Assembly: GCA_963924565.1 (NCBI GenBank)
Contig: OZ004615.1
Coordinates: 17,360,001-17,424,000, forward strand
Direction: 5' to 3'
Source: Ascidiella aspersa
Taxonomy: Eukaryota
Length of the DNA: 64,000 bases
Position 1 is the first letter of the stretch. Each line of letters opens with the position of its first letter. Position numbers and translations under genes: made by a program. Under the pieces are notes generated by a model. It ran no database searches and was not told the origin of the DNA. It saw only the letters and a list, made by a program, of their open reading frames with translations. Positions 46,601 to 57,962 of the stretch are shown here, piece after piece.

Positions 46601-49600
46601 GCATCTCCCCTACAATCACCACCACAAGCACAGACAATTGACCTGTTGTCAACCTTGCAAAACAACCCTCAGCTGTGTAGCCAGCTTCGGCAACAAATTT
46701 TGAACCGACAGCAACAAGCATCGCCACAGCTTGAGACTAAACTGGACTCAACTCCACAAAGTTCGCTGAACCTTACTCCTGCCTCTTCTCCAAACAGGGC
46801 ATCAGACTCTCCAACCAGCATTCCTTTAGTACAGGTAAATGTCCTAAAAGCTGCTATTAAATATTACTTGTATACAAGCAATCTTCATTCATTTTCTGTA
46901 TCCTCAGTCATTTTTTTTAAGTTAACCAAAATAAAACCATTTTTAGGCACCCCGCTGTTGATTATCCTGTAACATAAATATTAAAAGCAAACCGACCGCT
47001 GTTTTTCCATCTGTCCAAAATTTCTCTAGTTGTTACCTGGTTAGTGAGGAAACATTTCACTAACATAATGTTTTTCAAAGTTTTAGTGACTTTTTTATAT
47101 AATTTTTAATTGTGTAGAATCTTCAAGGAAAGACGTTCATAACATCAGTACCTATGGTGATGGAAGGAAGCAAACTCACTATCCAAAGGTAAAACTAGAC
47201 CAGGGGTGGACAAAGGTATTCAATGGAAGAGCCATTTGAAGAAAATAAAAGTACCAGAGAGCCCCTTAATTAGAAAATGAAATTGTGTTGACTTGCTTCT
47301 AGTGATACGTCATAAACGAAATGCTGGCCTAAATAAAGAAAAAAAAGAGAAAAACGTTCTTAAACGGTACCCTTGGTAGCATTTACAATCCTTTTGAAAT
47401 TTGACGATTCGACTAAAAGGGCCGCAGTTTGCCGACCCCTAAACTAGACCTTAGCTTTATCATATTATGTCTAGAAATGACTAATAGTTAAATTATGTTT
47501 TTTTAATTCTTTATTAATGTCATTTTTATTCTCTTTTGTCTTGTGTCTAGGCTACCATCTTCTGCAAAGCAAGAAGCAAAACCACAGCCTCCAAAACGCT
47601 CCTCACATAATGCCATTGAAAAGAGATACAGGTTGGTACAGTTTGACGAATAAAATAAAGCACACTGGTATAAAGCATTATTTCTAACTTTTGTTAAAAA
47701 GCATTTTCAACAAACATTTCAATTGTTAATGTCAAGAACATATATATAATGTAGCTCTCTGTATTAAAGATCCTCAATCAATGACAAAATCTTGGAACTG
47801 AAAGATCTCCTTATTGGAGGTGATGCTAAACTCAACAAAGCAGCGGTATTAAAAAAGGCAATTGACTACATTAAATTTTTGACCAATGCAAACAGAAGAT
47901 TAAAGATGGAAAATCATTTGTTGAAAAAACACCTAACTTCAAATGATAACAGTAAGTGTTGTCCTAGGTTTTGGTTTGAGTTTTATTCCTTAGACTTAAT
48001 CCATATGAAACGCTATAATAAATATCCAAATAGTTGTTAAGGAAGATTTTGCCTGGATTTTTTTTTTTTGCAATACTGAATCTAACCTTGAAATTATCTT
48101 TTTTTAGTAACAATCCGTGACCTGATAAAGAATGACATTAGTATTGTGGATGCTTGTGACTCCCCGTACTCCTTTGCAAGCCCCTCGTCGATGCAAACCC
48201 CACCCCATTCTGACCCCGATTCACCCAGCCTGCCCCTCATGTCCGAGTTTGATGTGGATATGCAGCAAAGTGTGGATGACATGGTTAATGGAAAAACTGT
48301 AAGCAAAACTAGAAAATTGTACAAAATAAATACAATGTGTGTGTGTTGTAATCAAATTGAAATTATGAACAGTCTTTAAGCAAGTTTCTTCTCACAGAAG
48401 ACAAACTGTTAAGTTAAAATAACGGTATTGTTACTGCATTGCGATTAAAATGTGGTACATCTGTGCACTGCCACTAACATTAAGTGTGTCAGTAAAATTA
48501 TCTTTTCAACAAACCAGGATGCTCAACCCATGTTTACTAAATTACCATGCACTTGATGTTTTTTTTAAAACTTTTTTTAATGCAGCAACCAAGTGAAGCA
48601 ATGTCAACAGCCCCAGGTTTAATGGACCGAAGTCGTGCTGCGCTTTGTGTGTTCATGTTTACATGTCTTATACTCAATCCTGGCAACACCATTATGAAAG
48701 CATTTACCCCAGATGCTCAACCAAGCGAGCTGGACCATGTCATTGTTGGTAAGTATAATTTGATAAATACGTATGAATATGGTTTGTTTACTTTTATAAG
48801 GCACTTATTTTTCATGTTTGGAAACTATACATTAAATTCGTCCTGGTAACAAATGTTTGTAATAACTAATATGCACAATGTCATTTGTAATGCAATGAAA
48901 CATTTTTATTTTCAGGTCGCTCGATTCTTGGTTTTGACTTGGGCACTTCCAATCCTGGCTGGTGGGATTGGATGTTTCCCACACTTCTGTCATGGTTTGT
49001 TAACGGCACTATCACACTCGCTGTACTTTGGCGCCTTCTGGTGTCTGGGGAGCCAATAACGGAAGCTAATTCCAAGTCATCGGCAAGGTATTGGAAGCAT
49101 CGAAAGCAAGCAGAGAAAGAAATTGAGAAGGTTGAGCTTATTTGTCTTGAATTTCATAACAAATAATATTTTACATTTGATAAGCATTTTGGAAATATTT
49201 ATGCCGGGCACAAACTTAGGTTTAACATTTTGATGATCATTTTTAGAACAACTATCCATCTGCGGACTACCACCTTCAGCAGAGTCTTCGTGCTATTGGA
49301 CGACCTTTACCCACTTCTAAGTTCGACCAATGGTGTGCGCTTGTGTGGAACTCATTCCGACTTTGCCTAGGTTTCTCCCGCATCGGCCCTTGGATCGCAA
49401 GATGGAAGAGCAAGCTGTCGGTGCGAAATTCTGCACGTGATGCAGCCCAAGTTTACCACAAACTCGACCAACTGCATTTAACAGGTAAATTCTAGGAGGA
49501 ATCTTGCACAGGTGTAGTAGGTTTCTAATCTTAGTGTATTCAATTTTGATTGGGCGAGAGCCCAGATTTTCGAAAAACGAATAAAATAGAAATCAATCTA

Positions 49601-52600
49601 GCAACGCCCGAATGATGAACATTACAACTGCAACATGTGATGCTTATAAAACCAGCAACAGTTTCACTAACAAACTTAAGTTAAATTGGAAAATCATAAA
49701 TCAGTATTGCTTCACTTTTATAATTTGGTTTATTAGTTTTGATTGCTATCGATTTAGCAGATTTGTTTATTCCAAGCGCATGAACGACCAAGTAACTTCG
49801 CTGAACAAGTTAACACAGTTTTTATTTTACTATAGGGAAGGTTGAAGGAAGTCCAGTGATTGGATTTGTCTACTCGTTAAGTGCCATCAACCTGTGTGAA
49901 GTTGCTGGGTGGAAAACAACCCCACCTGGTGTGGCCTCGAGTATTTACGCCACTACTGCACTGCGGATCAAACGAACGGCACCTAAAGTACTGCAGTGGA
50001 CCTTTGTAAGTTATTGATATAAGTCACTTCAACTCCAGTGCTAGGGTTTTTTAGTTGCACACCAGAGAAACAAATCCTATGCTTAAAACTTTATTATTAT
50101 CAATATGATAAACCGAGTATATTTAAACTCTTGATTTGCAGAGATACTTTCTGAGCAAAAGCCGTAAAGTTATGACGGCTCATAAAGATTGCTGCGACAC
50201 GCTTCGCTGGTTGTGTCACCCGATCGGACACCGTTTCATGGTTGACGAAACTTGGTCAAACCAGTCTGAAAGTGAAAGTGAGGACGAATCTATTCATTTC
50301 ACAGCTGTAACAGACACAAGTAAGACCCTAAGTTGTTAAACAGTGTTTTTTTGGTTGATTGAACAAAAATTGTTGCAAGTGATAACTTGTTCTTTTTCCA
50401 CAATCAGCAATCTGTATTAATGGTGTTACTATTTTGCTGTAACTTTTTGTTTAGAAAAACGCTTTTTTCAATTTCCTTAATATTCATTGGGTTTATCAAG
50501 TTTTAACTAGCAATGTCCAATTTTAGCCGATCCACTGTCGTTCGCTTCGTTCAACTTCCGCCAGAACATGTTGCAGAAGGCAGTTTACTCGCTCATCAAC
50601 CCTGTGGACGAAGAAATGCTGGAAAACCAACAGATCAAAAAGGGCAAGAAGCGATCCAAGCGTAACACGCCGTCAAGCGAAGCTTTGCAATACCTTCAGC
50701 TGGTCTCCGAATGCAATGAAGGTAAATTTAACTCCATAATTTACAGGTGTTTTGACTGCTCTTTTGCTGATCTATTTACTAGTGTCTTATAGGCCAAAGG
50801 CCGTCCAACCCGTGACCTCTTTCGCGAGGAAGTTTTTAAATTTTTTACCTTAAAAACATGACAAATAATTATTGTTTACCGCGAAGACAATCACCGATAC
50901 GGTTGTCCCTTGAACAGAACATGAAGCGGCACTAGACACTTTAAAGTTTACACTTTGAGGTTTATTACTTTAATTATGTTGTGTTTTGCAGACATCCTGA
51001 AAGTGGACTTGCGACACGACGACGAATGCAAGTTCTGGTGGTCGGTGGCGTCAATTGCCGCTTACTGGCTGCTTGGCGACCAAGAACAAGCTTCCAAGCT
51101 CTACCAAAGTGTTGAACAGTTGCCTAGGAAGCTGACAAAGTCCAAGTACGCGCTTGTTGTCGGTTGATCTAATTATATTAAAACAAATTCTCCCTAATAA
51201 CATGGGAAGAGTGCAAAATATTAAGCCTAGAAAAATACCCGCTTTCTGTTGAATGCAATTTGAAAGCTTACACCAGTGTTTCTCAACCTTTTATGGCTTA
51301 CGGCATCCCTCAAAAATATTAAATAGAGTTTCGTAACAACACAATCAACTTAACCATGTATGAAAATGTCATTTGAAATAATGATCTCTAATCCTTCACA
51401 AATATGTCTATCAAGAGGCTTACCAATTGAGCAAAAATTGGACTTTAAAAAAATTCTCAAATACCTATCGGCACCCTTGAGCATTAGAAATGGCACACCA
51501 TGGCGCCGCGGCATCCCGATTGGGAACCACTCGCTTACACCAAAACAATGCAGTTTTTTCATCTCCAACCAAACGACACACAAAACTTGCTATGTTTCGC
51601 TATAAATTGTTCCTTTATTCGCAGAAACCCGCTTCCGCGTGCCGTGATGTGGTCCTTTGTGGCGCGTCGTGACTTCTTGATGCTGGAGGAAGAAATATCG
51701 AAAGACCCGTCGTCGGTCAAAGAGCTCGCCCAATCGCTCCAGATCGTCACACAAAGATGCGCCCAGGCTACGAAACTGCTCAAGCAAAGCCTGTACAGCG
51801 AGCAGGAGTGCCACCCGACTGCATTGGTAACTTTTCATATGTGACGTAGCAGTACGAAAATGTAAACTTTTCCTAAAAGCACTGGAAAAAATATATAATT
51901 ATGAACATTTACCTCGAATTCTATTTGTTCATTAGTAACACAGTTTATAAATGACGCTGTCTTATGTTATGCCACACTTTGTGTATTTGCCCAATTAACA
52001 ATGTATAATGTAGTTTGAATAGGGTCACGTACTCACGTTGCTTACTTGGACTGTCACTCAAGCAAAAAATAGCAATTGACAAACATTTTTGGCCGGTGGT
52101 GTCTTGATACACAAGTCAAAAACTGCACATGATTGTGTTGGAGGTGCATTGTAGTTGCATTGCACTTTATGAGAGTTTGTGCAGTGTCTCAACCATGCAA
52201 TACCAATGCTTATCAAGAACAACTTTCCGTGGTTAGGAAACAGTATTACAAATTAAAAAACAATGGTAAAAAACAATGAAACATTCACACACATGTGTGT
52301 GTTAACAACTGAGATCTAGCCCTTCTGAACTTGCTGTTTGACCAACGATTACGGCTTACGTATAATTAGTACATCGAAAGCTATTGCAAACTTACCGAAT
52401 CTGTTGATATATGATACAAGCAGGGCAGGCTAGAAAAAGGACCGTCGCTCTACCAAATGAGCTGCACAGGCTCCGATAGGAGATAGTCGAGAAACAACCA
52501 TATGCGGTAAAAAAGCAATGTTCATTGTTCATTGTTCAATGTTCATGCTTTACCCGGGATAACGACAGCAAATTGGTATTGCCCCCTCATTCAAGTTGTG

Positions 52601-54667
52601 TAATGCGTGGCATACTAAATCTTTGATGTTTTTTTCGCAGGGCTTCCAGCTGATCGCATGCGAATGGCTGCTGCAGACCAGAACCGGCCTGTGGGAATGC
52701 ACTCGCTGCCAGGACGGCGTTACACGTCGCGCCTCGCTCGAGCAATTGTCAGAGTTTGAAGCCAACACCGATCTTTTAAGAATTGTCACCGGCAAGATAC
52801 CATCGGCCCAGTCGAAGGTAAACTGCCTTATCGTATTTTTTTTAATTTTTTTTTTTAAACCTACATATGAAAATTGAATTTTTAACATTAAAAACGCCAT
52901 TTTGGCGATGTAGGTGTTTTAACATCTACAATATACAGATTCAACATTATTTTTATTAAGTTGGTGCACTAATAAACTGTTTAGGATTTGTAAATCTTCG
53001 CAAAAAATGATATAATGGTTATAGCGGTGGTTGTCAACCTGGTATATAGATCCACTTCAAACAGGTTGGGGAAACATATTTTAATATATTTTAAGAGCCT
53101 GTTTTCAGCAACCAGATTGTTTAGTAGTGTCTAAATAAAGTAATTGTTTTCCCGTGATATATGCTTGCTTGCCTTTTTCGAAATTAGCGGGCCCCGCCAT
53201 AATCTCAAGTAAGCAAAAGGGTCAGGGAAAAATGGAGAACAGCTGGTTTCTAGATTTCGGCTTTTTAATGCCTGTACGTTTAACAGGTTTACCTTTACGA
53301 CGCGACTCTTCGTTTGATGGCTGGAGCCTGTCCAACCAAAACGCACGTGCTACTTGACCGAGCTCTGCGTAAGAGACATCCCTCAAAGAGTAAGTTGCTG
53401 CTTTTTTTCTCTAATTATAAACGATTTTATAAAATTTAATTCGCCAAAGAAGAGATGAATGTATGTGTCCAATTTATTGACAAACAATAGCGCTAATAAA
53501 ATGGCGAAATTAATGATCTGTATAACAAAAGAGGATTGTTTCTAAACAAAAATAATGACAAACTAAACTAAAATTTATTCACGTTGAATTTGGGCATTTA
53601 CTGTTTAAATTAGGGCTTCTTAAACGTTTCAATCTACGGCTCGATTTGCTTTTTGTTAAATTTTCCACTACATTTAAAGGCAGGTTCTCACACTCTAATT
53701 GCTCTTAGGGCGAAATCTAACCATGTAGAATGTAGATAAACCTGCGGGCCGGTTTACACTAGATCAGAGTGTCCTAGATTGCCACAGGGGTGAAAGTAAG
53801 CTGGAACTGCCCGAAATGGCGTTTCGCTAATAGGCGTACTAGCGGGAAGCGGTTCCGGCAAAATTTATTTTACCGTAACGCCAAACTGGTGAAAAATTTT
53901 GTTTAGCATAACATTGTCCATTTTTACCAGACCATCCCAAAATATCCGGAAGTGTATTTAAACTAAATTGAATATTTGTGTATTACATCGAACGATAATC
54001 TCCGATTTTTTGGTTTGTTTTTGACATCCCCCCAATACTTTGTTGTGCGACACCCAGTTTAGGAAGCCCTAGCCCAGGGGTTCTTAAACTGGGGTCCATG
54101 GACCCCTTTGGGGTCCGTGAACTAATTTCAGGGGGTCCATGATGGCCAAATTGAAATATTAGTGTACGTTTGAAAAGTAATCAATTTAAAAAAGAGTTTA
54201 ATTAAAAATGAAACGTTTTACCACTGAATGTTAGACTCTTTTTTGCTTAAACCATCAGCATATTTCTGACAGGCTATTTGATTATGACGTCAATTTATGA
54301 GATCATTTTTAATAAATTCTTGCCTACAGGGGTCCACGTGAAGCAAAAAATAATTTTAGGAGTCCGCGGTGAAAAAAGTTTAAGAACCCCTGCCCTAGCC
54401 TAAATAATGTTATACGTAAATATTCTGCTTACAAAATCCTCGCTTTGTTTTACAGATGAGGCCGAAGAGTCGAGCGGGCCTGGCGTTCGCGAACACGCTG
54501 CTGCTGTCAAATTAGCGTGTCGTCATCTCCCGTCGCCGATGATGTCATCGCCCGGGGAGCGCGAGAAAATGCTCAGGGGGGCAATCCACCAGATGGAGCT
54601 GCTGGGCGACCGCAAGGGGGCACGAGAGTGTCGGAGCCTGCTACTGAAGTTCACCGACCCTAAGTAG
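43642..54667 (+). CDS. SREBP: Sterol regulatory element-binding protein (1152 aa)
   Basis: 20 exons: 43642-43801, 44835-45058, 45898-46059, 46293-46421, 46583-46834, 47118-47188, 47551-47631, 47770-47951, 48108-48298, 48586-48748, 48916-49130, 49247-49484, 49836-50005, 50142-50319, 50527-50721, 50992-51145, 51625-51826, 52641-52817, 53287-53389, 54456-54667 (3459 nt, open). Acidic N-terminus; b[23 protein letters not shown] with the SREBP-diagnostic Tyr; [10 protein letters not shown] phosphodegron; DRSR..NP (S2P site); RSIL (S1P site); C-terminal regulatory domain. Confidence 0.96.
45204..45519. mobile_element. hAT-like MITE with ggagcc/ggagct repeats, inserted into another MITE end
   Basis: cagggcttt...aaagccccg; perfect TSD tctagaat (45196-45203, 45520-45527). 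Confidence 0.8.
47201..47441. mobile_element. hAT MITE in SREBP intron 6
   Basis: caggggtggacaaa...tttgccgaccccta; perfect TSD aactagac. Confidence 0.82.
51274..51532. mobile_element. hAT MITE in SREBP intron 16
   Basis: cagtgtttctcaa...ttgggaaccactc; perfect TSD gcttacac. Confidence 0.82.
52135..52209 (+). ncRNA. mir-33: microRNA mir-33 precursor hairpin (mature 5p at 52144-52164)
   Basis: gtgcattgtagttgcattgca is identical to the canonical miR-33 5p sequence. The 3' arm gtgcagtgtctcaaccatgcaa and basal stem gtgttgg/ccaatgc fold back on it. It lies in sense orientation in SREBP intron 17. Confidence 0.96.
54075..54392. mobile_element. hAT MITE in the last SREBP intron
   Basis: TIR caggggttcttaaact / agtttaagaacccctg; perfect TSD ccctagcc; abuts an older element end (~53611-54071). 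Confidence 0.9.
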
Positions 54668-56376
54668 TAGTTTGGTTGCGAAAGTTGTGTCTGCTGTACG
54701 CTGCGAAGATTATATTTTATTTCCTACGCTTATTCGCCATTTCTCTCTCAAAACTTTCGTGTTTCGTTCTTTTGTTGTAAATAAACGTTAAATTTGGTTC
54801 AGCATGTGTGGCGATGTTAAGTAGGTTGTCTCATTATTAACCATTTTTATCACCCAGTGTAAGCTTTAAAATAAAAGGTAAGAAAAACATAATTGGGTAG
54901 ACTTCATTTTTATTGATTTTGAAATACCTATAATTACTGTAAAACGTTTAAATGAATACTTTTCCAAGGGATAATGCTTGGAAAAATGCATTTTAGTTTA
55001 TATTAATTTATTTGACTAATTTGGTAACTGTCGAAGTTGTAATATCACGTTATAAACAATTTCATTAAAACATAGTTTGGAAAATAGTACAAATAATTTT
55101 GAATCGACTATTCAATATAGGGGAACGACTGTGCTAAACAGTTAAATTGAAAGAAGCTAAACTTTTTTGCCCGGGACCGTCTCGCGGCATATTTCCTTAC
55201 TGAAAATGCAATTGAAAGGGTGCACGACACAAGGGCTACACAACCAATGGAAATGTTTTCGAATGCAATTTAAAACTAAATTTTGACGAAATTTTAAACT
55301 GTACGGCAAATTATTAAGGCTTATTATAGGCTAGTTTTTAACTTCGTATAACGATTATCAAGGTGACAAAGTTCGGCAAAACCTTTTACTTCCGGCCCGC
55401 TTTTGTAAATTCTTACAGTCTGGCCCACGATGGTCAGGCCTTAAAGTTATCCGGTGCTTTCTGATAAAATTTGGTCACCCCTGGTTTAAACGAGTTTTTT
55501 ATTGCCTTCGAAATACAACACAAATATTTTTAGATGAGTGAAGGCGCTTGTTACAGAACAAAAAACTTGAAAAGAAATAGGGATTCGTGCACAAAGCGCA
55601 TACAAAACACTCCTACTAATGTCATAAAAAGAGTTATTAACACTTTTAGCCCAAATGCGTCGAAAAGTCTCATCGCACCCTCGAAAATAATAGTTTTGTC
55701 TTCAAAAACGATATAAAGGCATTTTTTCGCTTTGCCCGTATGGATAACATCTTTGTAAACGCAGTGTGTGGTGTTCTTAAGGGTGTCTCATTATAAAAAA
55801 ACAGATATGACGTCACAAAGTTACATTTTAAACGTGACGTCATGATAAAAAAAACTCTGGATCCGCCCCTGTTTATCAAATTATTCCAATTTTTACGAAA
55901 CATCGTAGATAACTGTATTGGGACGTGGTATCAAAAATAACACCCCTCGAAAAAAATTTAGCTTGATTAACTGTATGCTTTTTCACCGAACTCTTTACCT
56001 GGTTTATATGCAGAGAAAATGATTGCCGCCATTATATCGAGCATGAAAAAACAACGCCATTATATCGAGCAATGTACGCATCGATTTTTGTGTGTTCATT
56101 ACGTCCCACTATTTTCTAAATTTTAATATTTTGCCAATTTATACCAAACTTTTCAAAAAATATCCTTAACTATAGCGTAATTACGATTGCGAACAGTTAT
56201 TAAAACATATATTTCTTTAGGTATTTCTAATTTGACGTCGAGTTATGATGCAACTTTGCGACGTAATCTCCCAAAAAATCATGCCTCCACCCCCCTCCCA
56301 AACAATAACCCTGGATAGCCACCCTTTACCAACACAGCTGCCTAACTCCTGCGATACGCCCATATTAACGGTTTGG

Positions 56377-57962
56377 TTAGCTGCTCGGTGTCGTTGTTTG
56401 AAGAGTGGCGACGCTGATTCTCCGCCGCTTGGTGACGCCATCGAGTCGCTTTCCAGCAAAGGGAAATAACCTTTTCCTCCAGTTAACGAAGGTTAGGGTC
56501 ATGGCGATGATGTTGGCGAGCACGATGCAGTCCTCAATGGCAGTCTGCAGATCCTCATTGGACGAAAGAAGTGGCATCGTTATGATGACCGTGACGTCGG
56601 ACATGATGCACGACATGGTGACGTAGACGGCGCGCTTGATGACGTGCGTGAAGCCGCTGGCGGGTGCGGCGCCCTTGTGGAAGCGCTCCTTGGCCGGGGT
56701 AAGCGCGGACTTATGCCGGATGATCGGGCACACAAAGAGGTAGAGCAGTGCGACGTGGAAGGCGATCGACATGGCTGCCATAACGGCGAGGTAGACGTAA
56801 GCCAGCATTGTGTCTTCCACGAAGTGGCAGCCGCTGGTGGAGACTACAAAGTAGCGCGCCATGCCGAAGAGAACAGGGACCACGACGCCGCTGGCCAGGA
56901 TCAGTACCACTGTGAAAACGCTGAGGAAGCGCGTTACCGGCGAAGTGAGGTGCTTCATGCTGGCGTGTACGTAAAATGAGCGTTGACGCAGCCAGAGCAG
57001 CAGGTAGATGAACACCAGGGTCCAGGTCATCAGCACGAAGAGGAAGTTCTTCATGAAGGCGCAGAAGTGCAGGTCGTACGGCAGTAAGTGAATGACCTCG
57101 TAGACGAGCTTGCTAAAGTAGAGTAGGGTGCCGGTAAGCGGACAGAGGATCGAACAAGCGCGCATCTTCACCGCTTGCTCGCCACCTGGAAAGATAGGCA
57201 CCCGAATTTTAATTACCGAACAGCGTTAAGGTAAAGTTAGATTTCATCCTCTGTAAAATAAATTAAAAATATATAAGGAAGTATCAATTACTAGATAAGA
57301 TTCCATCTACTCAGGGCCAAGAAGAACAGAAAACTGTTTTATTAAGGCTTATTTCTTTCCCATTGAAGCCATGCATTTAAATGACTTACTTGGTTGTATA
57401 AACTACATATGCATGGCCGAACATATTTTTAAATGGCCGCAAGATGGCGTATGATCACAGATTTCGCAATTTAAATAAATGCGTGGATTGTTCAACGCTA
57501 AATAATTGTAAACATCAATTTCATGAGATAAGTGGATACGAAAGACAGTATGCGGCAAAGGCACAAAGGAGAATTAGTGTGCTTGATCGTTTAGTTAGTG
57601 TGTTTGCTGGTAAATAAAAATACAAATGGCAGATTAACTGCAACGCTGTTGTCAAGAAACATAGGCACCTACGGCAAATAAGACAAAAAACATTTACCAT
57701 GCCAAGCCTGCCTCCTTGTCCTTGGTTGAAAGTTTGCCAGATTGGCGTTGCGCATAATCTTAGTTCCCCGAAGATGGTGCTCATACAAGCACAGTCTCAC
57801 AGTGATGAATCCTGATATAGCCATAAATAGGAGTAAGTGCAATATTCTAAAGGCAAGATAAGCACTGGAGACGTCATTCTCCTGGTGGTTCCGGCTTCCA
57901 TTCGTCGAGTTGGAAATTACGTCATAGCCGCTTAGAGTTGTAGACCAAACTGTGCTTTCCAT
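56377..57962 (-). CDS. Orphan seven-transmembrane, GPCR-like protein (357 aa)
   Basis: Exons 57962-57698 and 57185-56377 (phase-1 GT-AG intron, 1074 nt). Short N-terminus with NST/NGS sequons, seven hydrophobic segments, Cys at the top of TM3 and in ECL2, YLLLWLRQRSFY after TM3, WRKRLFPF after TM7. Confidence 0.8.

Noticed and set aside
52446-52474. tRNA 5'-half-like sequence on the - strand (gcagctcatttggtagagcg)
   Set aside because: No anticodon arm, T-arm or B box follows; at most a SINE remnant.
56217-56979. Overlapping plus-strand and alternative-frame ORFs over the 7TM gene
   Set aside because: Shadow ORFs expected from GC-rich coding sequence.
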